DNA of 64,000 nt, from positions 496,001 to 560,000 of the forward strand of contig RHPI01002402.1 in assembly GCA_009103225.1 (NCBI GenBank), read 5' to 3'. Shown here piece after piece: positions 23,411 through 35,333 of this stretch (its first letter is position 1; the number at the start of each line of letters is the position of its first letter). A program made the position numbers and the translations under genes. Origin of the DNA: Chlorokybus atmophyticus. Lineage: Eukaryota; Plantae; Mesostigma and Chlorokybus algae. Below the pieces are notes generated by a model. That model was not told the origin of the DNA. It did not search any database and saw only the letters and a program-made list of their open reading frames with translations.

Positions 23411-26270
23411 GTCATGAATAACATCGGCAATCACACCATCAACGTGTGTGAGGAGTCATATGGATTCGTGCCGTGCTCAACAAATGTGGCCGGCAACATA
23501 ATGCTGATGTTAGGCTACGGGTACATGCTGCTGACGGCAGCACGGTTGATCTCTGCCGGCAGCGAGCTGCTCCTGCAGGTGACATTGTGTGTCAGCTGTC
23601 GGGTATGTCGTGTGTGCACGTAGCGTCATGGGAGCACAGCTTACAGTTGTGCATAGGTTCTAAACCCTGGCATCATTGGAGGGCTGCTGCTCCCCGTTCT
23701 GGGTGCGTTCCCGGACTCTCTGCTGATTGTGGTTTCTGGTCTTGCTGGCACCAGGGAGGAGGCTCAAGACGAGGTGCGTTCATTGCTCAATGCAGCTTGA
23801 AAGGACCACTTTCGCATACCTCAGCAATCCTCACTTTTTGCAAGCACACAACAGTGTGCTCATTTGTGCAAGAAAAACTATGATGTGAACGCATACCTTC
23901 TCAGGTGCTAGTGGGCGTGGGTGTTTTAGCTGGGAGCACCATCATGTTGCTGACTATTGGTTGGGGTGGTTCGCTCGTGCTGGGGCGCTGCGATTTGGTG
24001 GGACCCAATAAGACCGCCAAAGACAAAACGTTGACTCATGGCTGGGACCTTTTCCACACCGGCGTGACTACAGATCAGCAGACAAGGTGAGGAGAGCAAA
24101 CACTTGTTAAATGGTGATGGCTCAGCTTCCTCAAACCTGTGACCCATTACGCTCGATGTACAGGTTCGGCGCGGTCATCATGATCCTGTCCACGATCCCA
24201 TTCTTCATCATAGAAGTTCCTCAGGTAACAATTGGTACACTCGCCTGCACAGCATGTCAATATGTTGGGAACAGCCTGAGCTTATGGGTACCATCACTTC
24301 ACTGACCGCTACAATCTAATAAAATGTTCATCAACATTTCTCCTGCCTGACACAGACTCACGAAAAATGCAACCGTTGTGTAGTTTCTCACAGCATGTTA
24401 AAATCTTGTCTAACTGGCAGATTGACAAGCATCCTTCTGAAGGCAAGCCTACTGCGCTGGCTGGATGGGTGATTGCATTGAGTGGTCTTGTGCTGTACTG
24501 CATTTACCAGGTAAGCATGCGTTGAAGGTTATTGCTTTGTCTGCGTACCGGGTGACACGTCTTGCTGACTAGCGTGTGGTTGCACAGCTTGTATCGCCAT
24601 GGCAGCAGCAGAAGAAGATTGAACGGGCCCGGATGGAACTCATTCGCACAAAGGGGCTCAGGAGCCTGTCATCGTACGCGACCTACAAGTCCTGGGGCGG
24701 TCTGTTGTCCGAGGATGGCACTCGCCCCAATCAGGAGGCTCTGGAGCGCATCTTCAAGTTCTTTGTAAGCTTTGCCTGTCTTGTTATGCCCTTTTGGGTT
24801 GATGGCATACGTAAGTTCAAACTAGTACCCTTGGCACGCAACTTTACAGGACAAGAATCATGATGGCCTGCTGTCCCGCAATGAATTGGAAGGTCTTGTT
24901 GTTGGGCTTGGCGTTCAGCATGAGCATTACGTGCCAAATGAGACAGAAGTCGAAGCTTGGATGTCAGAGTAAGTTGACTGAACTTGTACTGCTTGTTGCA
25001 CAATGCTGATCATGTATTGAGTATTAACAGATTCGTCCTGACTTGCTCATGTGGGAGTAATGTCGTGGTGTGACATCTGCTTTTTCCAGGTTCGATGTCA
25101 ACGCCGATGGCAACGTGTCGCAGAAAGAGTTCGTCAATGGCATCACCAAGTGGACCCGCAGCGTGCATGAGCAGAGACTGCGAAATCCTTCACGCGCTTT
25201 GCAAGCTAACCCGGTTTGTGTGCAGCGATGTTTCCTCTAGTCAAACTGAAACGAGTAGCATCTGACCAGTTGTTTGCATCAAGTAGATTCTGAAAAATCC
25301 GCCGCACTTCTCGTTTGAGGCACAAGACGCTCAGTAAGCTTTGGGTGTCATGTGCTGTATTGCGTGTTCTCGGTGCAGCGGCGACAATGTTGTCAAAAGT
25401 GGTTGTTGGCACTTGCAGAAGCGCATACGAGCTTCTACTGGCAGAGCAAGGTGTCGTTGAGGACGAGGAGGAGGATGAGGAGCATGCAGACAAGCCACTT
25501 ACTAAGTCTCAAGTGTACAAGTAAGCACATGGAAAATTCACTAGGTCAGCACATTGCCTAGAAAGCCAATGGAAAGACTGGCGGCAGCTCAGTTGATGTG
25601 TCTGAACTGTTCGCGTGTCCGCAGACGGGCTGCATTGCTCTTGCTTGCGGGTACCATTCTCGTCGGCTTCTTCGCCGATCCAATGGTCAATGCCATCAAC
25701 AACTTTTCCAAAGCGTCTCAGATCCCGGCTTTCTTTGTTGCATTTGTCGTCACGCCATTTGCTTCAAATGCTAGTGAGCTTCTCTCATCCCTTCTGTTTG
25801 CGATGAAGAAGCGCAAGCGAAACATCTCTCTGACATACAGGTATCAGCAGTGGTTGCAAAGCTGGCATATCGTCATCATCATGCCGCTGACCGTCTGCTG
25901 TGTGTATTGCAGCCAAATCTACGGCGCCATCACCATGAACAACACCCTGTAAGTGTTGTGACAGGGGTCACATACAGTGTTGTTGTGTGTGTCATTTAAT
26001 TCATTGCTCGGCTAAGCCTTGACAACATTGTGCTCATGTTCAATACTCTCCAGGTGTCTAGGCATCTTCCTTGTTTTGGTTTGGGCGCGCGGACTGGTGT
26101 GGAACTTCAGCAGTGAAGTGCTCGTCATCCTTCTGTGCACCTTTGCGATTGGCTACATTGGCTCCCGTCACCTGACCTTCCCGCACTGGATGGCGTACCT
26201 TGCACTGGCATTTTACCCCTTGTCCATCGCCTTGGTGGCCTTCCTTGACTACGGGCTCGGCTGGCAATGA
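23411..26270 (+). CDS. NCL: Sodium/calcium exchanger NCL (plant EF-hand CAX-related); 5' exons not resolved, probably within 22500-23400
   Basis: CEESYGFVPCS...SAGSELLL, GIIGGLLLPVLGAFPD, GVGVLAGSTIMLLT and two EF-hands (DKNHDGLLSRNEL, DVNADGNVSQKEF), then ADPMVNA..FS....IP.FFVAFVVTPFASNASE and MNNTLCLGIFL. TGA at 26268-26270. Confidence 0.92.
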
Positions 26271-27110
26271 GCATCAGCTTCAGCTTGATGTGGCATCTGG
26301 CAGGTGTGCCAAAGTAATTCGCACCCAGGTTTAGTTTGGAGAATTATTCACAATTAGAAACAGCAATGGCCTGGCACATAGAGGCTATTCTATCCAGGCG
26401 ATAATCGTGTAATCTCCATTGGTCATGCGGCCTTGCTGCATGGAGGTTTGGAGCAATGTATGGAGTCAAGTTTTTTCTTCGTTTTGAATAGGACTGCTTA
26501 GCTATGGAGTGGTGTTGTAGTAATTAGCTCCACACTGCTGCCGCATGCTTGAGGTTGTATAGACGTAGTAGATGCGTTTGCTCAAGCCTCGCACACAGCT
26601 TGCATCTCAACAACAACGAGTGTCCACGCTATACTCAATGTGTGCAAGTATAATGTGAAGTTGCTGCCAATGACTTCGGTATTGGAAAGGATGATGTCCG
26701 TCGGCAATCCTGGCTGCAGTGTGCTGACGTTAGCGTGTGTTGCATGTGGCCCCATCGAGCAGCACTTTTGTCATGCGTGAGTGGCACAGTTTATCCAATA
26801 ATTGCATAGGATTAAGCAGCAACATACACCCTCGAGTTGCTTTGGCGATAGCCTGCCCATGGACCTAGCACTCTCATCATCATCATCACAACTACCATCA
26901 TCGTGACGCCCTCCCTCACTCAATGACTGACTGTGAAAGTGTGAGCTGTGCGCCTGAGCTCTTTGTCGCTTCTCCACACTGGGCGACGGCAGCAGGGCTT
27001 GTGCTTGGCGCTGCTGGAGGCATTGCCAGCCGCAAGCGGCGGCGGCGGTGGTGCTGGTGGTGGGGGTGACCGGGACAGTACTGGTTGTTGCCCCCGACTC
27101 GCGCACGGGG

Positions 27111-28980
27111 ATGACGCAGCTGGCACGTCTGGCCAGCAGAGCCGTTCTGCGGCTAGCTGGCAGAGACACCGTCAAGTTCTTGCAGGTAGGCAGCTTGCAT
27201 GCTTTACCCTTTATTCCCACACGGCCCAGCCTGGCCTGGAGATCGGCAAAGCCTTGCGTCAAAGCTGTGTCTCTGCTGCTAGGGTATGGTCACCAACGAC
27301 GTCAACCTGCTGAAGGGCGGTGGCGCCAGCAGCAGTAGCCCCATGCTGTATGCCGCCCTGCTGACGCCGCAGGGGCGCTACATGCAGGACCTCTTCCTTG
27401 TGCGTGGTGACGATGCGCATGCTGCTGATGCTCCTCAGCAGCAGCAGCAGCAGGCAGCTTCAACGGAGGAAGTCTCGGCCGTCCTGGCCGATGTTGACGC
27501 CTCCGCTGCTGGCGACATCGTGGCCCACCTCACCAAGTACAGGTATGCATGCAAAGCGGAGTGTCATGAAACGTTACAGCAATAAGTGGTAACTATCAGC
27601 TCAGAAAACGCAGTTTTGCTACGTGTTGGGAGAGGAGTTGAATGTAGCGGCTAGCTCTTTACTTATTGAGCACTCGGCAAATTGTATGCGAGTGTGTGTG
27701 GTCTTGTGCCACCCATGTGACTACAGGTGGTGTTTGAATTAGCTCATGGCGAGAGGTTCACCATCGCTTGACAAAGTGGGCTGATTATCTGTTTTGAGTT
27801 GTGCAGGTTGAGGGCGAAAGTTGGCATAGAGAACGTGTCAGGTGATTTTGCAGTGTGGACGCGCTTTGGCGCTGAAGCTGAATCCAGCTGCACAGAGAAG
27901 AACTTCTGGTGGCTCGATCCGCGGCTGGCGCAGCTCGGGCTTCGAGGAATGTTCCCCGCCACGGCATGTGCGCAGTACGCAGTATCCTCATCTTATGCCA
28001 CGCAAAGACTGTATGATCATGCATACACTGGCAACTGTGGACTTGACACACATTGCGTGGGAACCCGCTCACCGTACCAACATGTGTGTGTTTCAGCGCC
28101 TACCGCAGCAGCTGCCGATTTGGTTGAGGAGAGTGACTATTGGCGTCTTCGGTATACTCATGGTGTTGGTGAAGGGTCTGAAATGCCATCTGGTGAGGTT
28201 TGGTGGGGCTTGTGTTGATCTCAACATGTTCGCATGTGTGCCACATGCCAGTTTAGCAACGGCAATTTTCAGGTGAGGCTTTGCCATTGGAGTGCAACCT
28301 TGATGCGTTGGGCGCTGTAAGCTACTCCAAAGGGTGTTATCTGGGGCAGGAGCTCACCGCACGCACATACCATAGGGGACTCGTGCGCAAAAGGCTCATG
28401 CCAGTGCAGCTTGTGGGAGGTATGCGTGCATGAGCAATGCTTGTTGGGCGTCTTTGGTGCAACGCACACGTCGCTATTATATCAAGCGCATGCCTGAATA
28501 TGTGTCTGACAGTTGATGGAATAGCGCAATGGCATACAAGATGTTGTAGCTGCATCTCCAGCAAAGCTTTCGTTATTAGAGAAGTATGGTTGGTTTCACC
28601 CTGTACAAAGAAATGTTTTGTAAAATGATTTCTGGCAGGGGATGCGAAGGCAGGTGATGAGGTTGTGGTGTCTACAACTCAAAAGAAGGCCGGAAAGGTA
28701 TATGCTGCGAATGGCGGCAGAGGGCTGGCGCTACTGCGCTTGGAGTACGCATTGCCTGCAGCTTTAGGTCAATCTTTACCCTGACTTCTATTGTAATCTG
28801 CCGCCGTCAACTTGCTTAGACCACAGCACTGACTTTTTATTGTCCTTAGGTCAATCTGACTTTGACCTGGTAACTCGTGATGGGGTGAGGCTGTTGCCAC
28901 ACGTACCAAGTTGGTGGCCCTTGACATGGCAGCAAGAGAGACCCGTGGGATTTCAAACTGCACAGGAAATGATCTCATAG
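27111..28980 (+). CDS. IBA57: IBA57/CAF17/YgfZ folate-binding Fe-S assembly factor; start codon uncertain
   Basis: [47 protein letters not shown], the signature [19 protein letters not shown] and a C-terminal PSWWP. Confidence 0.92.
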
Positions 28981-29449
28981 CTGAGGGTACAGGCTGTGCG
29001 CGTTTGTAATGACTTGGTTTGTGGTGTAATCAGGCGCACTGGCTTCTTACTTCATGAAAAGCCTGCATCTGCGCCCTGCTATTCCTGCATGTTCGTAACT
29101 GACTCAACTTGCAAGTGTTGCGCGTGAAAGTCATTACGCCCAGCACTCATGCGCAACAGCATGGCTTTGCTACCTCGACATGTAGCATAGCGGATTCCGC
29201 TTGCTTAGTCAACTTGCTTGTACCGTAGCGACACAAAATATACATGCCAGCCTCTGCTGGCGCTCTATATGTTCATGTCCCACGTTTGCACGGTAAGCTG
29301 CTCTGTTGCTGCCTGATGCGCTGCTGCGTGATGCCAACCATTGCTCTGTTAGTCGGTGCGTACGCGTGTCCGCACTTGGTCATGCATTGCAGTTTGTTAC
29401 CGTATCACTCTCTTGGCCTATGCTTGGCATGGAACATAACTTGGTGGAA

Positions 29450-30945
29450 TATGGATTGTCATTTGGCAAGGTTTCGTGAAGTGTTGGTTAGCGGCTCCAT
29501 AACAATAGTTTCAAAACGGATTGAATTCGGTCCCTACCGCATTGTATACCAACTCTCACGGATGTACATGATCCTAATGGAAGCTTTGGCCCCGTGATTA
29601 ATACTAAAGAAGGATGTACATGAATCATTGGTGACATTTGTTGAACAATTTGATCGTGTTGTTCGAGATAATATTAAATTAGGCGCGTCGGCCATTGCGG
29701 GTAGCACCATATACAAATAATGCGAATCGAAAATGTATCACAATAGTAATTGAAGAAACTTGGCTTTATAGAACCCTTTTCTCATGTGATCACGTGATAA
29801 TCTTAACCCCATACGCACATGGTTAATGCAGGATGAATGTTATGAAAAGTATACAATTGCATCGTCATAAAGACAATACAATTTGAAAAGTTGCATGCGT
29901 CAAACTCAACAGCTTCGCATTGAAGTAGCAAGGCGCAATCCATCATAAAAACATATCTGAACATGCGATTGCCGCATCACTTTTAATACAACATGAATTA
30001 CAATGCGCATGGCGCCACGCAAATGTGCAATCATATGAGTTGTACAATACAACTATGTTGTGTATGGCTTTAAGTAATATAGTAACTTGTTATTTTATAT
30101 GTCAAGCTTACATGTAATCCATTACCTTACATCTGCTTGATATAGCACGGTTCCAATTATTGCCAAGTCTAAAATGTTATAATGCGTTGCTGCAACGCAT
30201 ATATGCCATACTACATAAGGAATGCATATGTGATAATGTTGATAAATTTCGTCAACATGATATATTGCATATGCATGCGCATATATTGGACTTGCACACC
30301 TGCGCACTTGCACAAGTTAATTAAACACAATTACATAAATCAAGCATAGCATGATATCATGTATCATCAACGCATCAAGTATTTACACAAGCTCACATTT
30401 CATGAAGCAACATTATTTATAGATATTAATATTTAAAATATTCATATCATATTTTCATATAACCATAACATTGGTTACCTCATCGTCACGATGGACATGG
30501 CCGTGAATACAATAGGCTTGTTAGAACTTGTAAACCTCACATTAAATTAGAGTTTGATTACTAGCGCCACGATGCTCCTTTCAGAGTCCTATATGTTTTG
30601 TCAATACAATGCTAACATCCCGCACAACTTTGATGCCAATTGAGCACATCATATCATGTTACATTATGATCTATTTGCTGCATCGTAACCCGCTTCAAAT
30701 GTAATATGGTCTATACTGGCAACATGGTTCTGCGAAAACTATAGCCCTTAATGTTCAACAATGTTATGTTGTACGCACACATGTACGATAAGCTGGTGTA
30801 AGTAATCCTATAAATACTGATTTTCATATATGCTTGATATGATGCTTGACATTGATTGATGCATGTAAGCATCTCAATCCGCATGTGTATAGACTATACA
30901 TCATGTTCACCACATGTCATGTGTCACATGGCACAATGAATGGGT
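29450..30945. mobile_element. AT-rich island, probable heavily decayed LTR retrotransposon fragment
   Basis: Sampled 60-mers are about 18-32% GC against about 52% in the flanks, and stops occur in all frames. Weak retroelement-like motifs are described in the findings. Confidence 0.4.
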
Positions 30946-31514
30946 AGACAACCCGCAGGCAAGCCTCCTGGAAGAAACTCGTGCTACCGTCTCGAGCCGG
31001 CATTTAGCAACTTAGGCGCTTTTGGACCAATGCAAGAGCAGCTAGCTCGTCTCCAGGCACACGAGAGGGGCGCGCGACGCCCGGCAGCGGGCGTTCAGCG
31101 CGGGCCGCACCGCGCAAGCCTCCCACGCCGCGCGGGCCTTACTGTTTTGTGCCTTTTTTCGCTGCGCAGTTAACCAAAATCGTGACTCTCATACCATCTA
31201 ACCAGCCGGAGTCAAGCCGTTGCAGTCAGTAAACCAAACGATACCGCAGGACCAGAGTTGAGTTCAGATTTAGTTTGAGTTAAATCACGTTAGCTTTGCT
31301 CGTTCACGGTTGAGCTTAACCGAGAAGCCGCCATAGCCAAAAGCTATGCAGCGTTGTCGCTGAGCTCAGGAAGCAGGTAAGTCTGGTTCAGGGTTTCGGC
31401 GGCGGCGGAGGAGGAGGACGAGGACAAGGAGGAGGAGTTGAAGGCGCAGGAGGCGCAGGAGGACGAGGAGATTGTTGTAGAGGGTAAGAAGGAGCAGTTT
31501 ACGCAACACACGCG

Positions 31515-32482
<968 letters not shown>

Positions 32483-35128
32483 GCAAGATTGTGGTTTGGC
32501 GTCAAAGACGCAGCTGTACATATAGTTTCAATCAGTGAGCACTATAGTTCAAGGCCTATGAGACTTTGCAGCCTCTGCTGTTGAGTACTACTGTAACTGT
32601 CAACTAGCTGTCAAGTGACAGCGTGTGTTTTCTGGTTGTGACTGTGCCGCAGCTGTGCTTTCTACTGCTGCTTCAGTACGATACCTTGTGCGCCTGCTTC
32701 CCTCTTTGCGCGATTCTGTATATTTTATCACCACATGGCATTCTTTGTATACACCAGCAGAGTCAGGTTCACAAACCCGATGAACTTTCTTAACACTGCT
32801 TTCTAGAAGTGTGCATGATGTCGCAATTGACTTTGTGCAGATGATGATGATGCCTAGCTTGGCTTTAGCTTAGACATGTGTAATGTGAAGTACAGTTTGG
32901 TCTGGCCTAACTCTGTGTTCAGCACTGCGGATTTTAACTACTGCTTGCCCTGATATCAACATGCACGGTACTTGTAAAACTGACAAGTGCCTTTTTACAA
33001 AACCTACCTAGCCTTGATTTTGACATTGTTCAACATGGCTTGGTTGATGGCATCCATGTCATGGCTGTTATATGCCTCGAATGTCAGCGGCCTTACAGTA
33101 ATCAAGTTACACAAGTGCTATGTGCTGAGCCGCCGGGTGTGGTGTTGCAGGTGTGGTGTGCTGTGGTGTGACGCTGTAGACTGCACATGTCATGTACATA
33201 GGAGTACTGCACAAAGTAGTGTACTTGTTGCCATGCTATGCCATGTGTGGAATGCGTGCCATGAGCGTGCTCAAGCATCATGTGTATATACAATCTGGCC
33301 TAACCATCTTCTTTACCTCCGTGCTCTCCTCTCGGGTAGTGCTGCTAAGCGCTGCCCTACTGGTCGTCCCATGCCTGCCTGCTTGGCATGCATTCATGTC
33401 CTATGCATTGCACATGGGACTCGGCCCCCCTAGATTAGGTAGTCTGCTTGTGCTTGAGGTTGTGTACAAAGTGAGTATGGTACTGTGCTTGTGATAGTGT
33501 CACAATAGTATGTAATAATTTGTGGTTAGCTTGCTCTGCTGCTACATACAATGCGAGGTGAATATGTGCCAATACTCTTGCCTTTGTTTCCTTGGCCCCT
33601 TTACTCAAGTAATATGCAATAGTCGTCCCTCATGTCAAGTACACACGTCCTTGCATTTGCTGTGTTGCAACTGTTGGCCGTTATGTACATGGTCTGAACC
33701 TATTAGATTGATTGAGCGTTACCTGACAGTGACCTATACCACACGACACACGCCACATGTTAGCCACCAATGGCATTGCGGCCACCACTACGGAGTCAGA
33801 TGCGATGCTAACATAGGTGATGGCTGTCGAGTTGTGAGCATTGCCATGTTGTGTGTAGACAAAATGGTGAGTAATTTAAGTGTGTGAGTATGCAGGGAGC
33901 TTGTGGCGCAGTGAAACACTGCCGAACATTGCAATACAATAGGGGTCACCTTGTTGGTAGGTACACAACCACATGGCATCGGGTGAGCAGGCATTGCACT
34001 TTGTAACAATTGGTGTGTATTAACATTGGCATAGTATGGTAGTGATTGAAGGACCCCATCCCACCCCACCCCACCCCCCGCCCCCTTCCCCGTGATTACG
34101 CGCACGTTTATTATCATAATCAATGTGACGGTTTTTACGCATGTCAAGCACCAACACCATTGTGGTAGCACCTCACCGTAAGCAAAGCTAGCAGATGGCA
34201 TATCCATGTTGTTGGCACGTTTAACGCTTGCACTGCCACTTGCAATTGGCAAGCGTTGCAAGCGAAGTTGCCATGCCAACGTTGACTGCATCATGCGACT
34301 CATACCTTATGCGAGTCGTGCACGACAATCCAAGAGCGTACATGTAAGCGGCCCCTGGCTGTTGATTGTAGTGCTCAAGCCATCAAGCGCCGTGAATGGG
34401 CTGGGACGACAGACCATGCAAGCTTACAATACAAGCCAACATCTGTACCTACATACAGTAGTGGTCACTACTCATTGCTCAAGCCATCAAGCCATCAAGC
34501 GTGACATGAGCTTAATCCCGGGCTTCGCACCGCAAGCCGTCAGCGGACTCATGACTTGACCATCACTCCGTGCCGGCAACGTGGCTTCAGGCGGCGGTGG
34601 CGTCAGTGGCGGTATGCCCCCGGGGCTGAGCAATACAACCAACAGTAGTCGGCGTTGCCAATTGATGGCAACTTCTTGCAATTCATGCCAAGACATAAGG
34701 TACACGTGTAAATTCTGCCCTGCTCTTCCGCCCACACAAGCACCTCTCCTCCTGCAGCTGGCGCGTGCCTTGCCTGCAATATTAGGTAGGTCAAGCATTC
34801 GTGCTTTACCGCTATGAGGTGCAAGACAATTCATGCATCTACATGCATGCTTGTTTGATTCAACTGAATTGGGGGAGAGGATTGGAGGATCATCAAACGA
34901 TCTATCTTTACCTGGCTACCTTTATGCACTTTGATGGATCAGCAAACGTTGCAGTCGGTTCGCTTTGGACATACACCTGCATGATGCATGTCATTTTGAT
35001 ACGTCTACTTGCACACAACAAGACGACAAGTCAGTGCATAAACCATCATCACGCTCCCCAATCCATCTCTCCCTGCTCCCCAGTTGAAGCCTCTCTGTAG
35101 AGTGCGTGTGCAAAGCAATATTGCAAGC

Positions 35129-35286
35129 ATGCACCAAAGGAAGGGTTCTCCTCTGCTGTGTCTGCCGCTCTTTCTCCTCCCGCTGCTGCTGCGAGCCATG
35201 CAGCCCGCGGACGCCACACCGCTGGATGACTATGTGAGGCGGCCGGATGAGCACTACAAATGGGAGGTGAGGGTTTGGCAAAACGA

Positions 35287-35333
<47 letters not shown>

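Noticed and set aside
27980-27990. U12-type donor GTATCCTC in IBA57
   Set aside because: It gives the wrong phase for the downstream acceptor. An ordinary GTGCGC donor slightly upstream restores the frame.
33788-34834. ORFs of 171, 117 and 115 aa between H3.3 and PqaA
   Set aside because: No recognisable motifs and no consistent splice chain on either strand.
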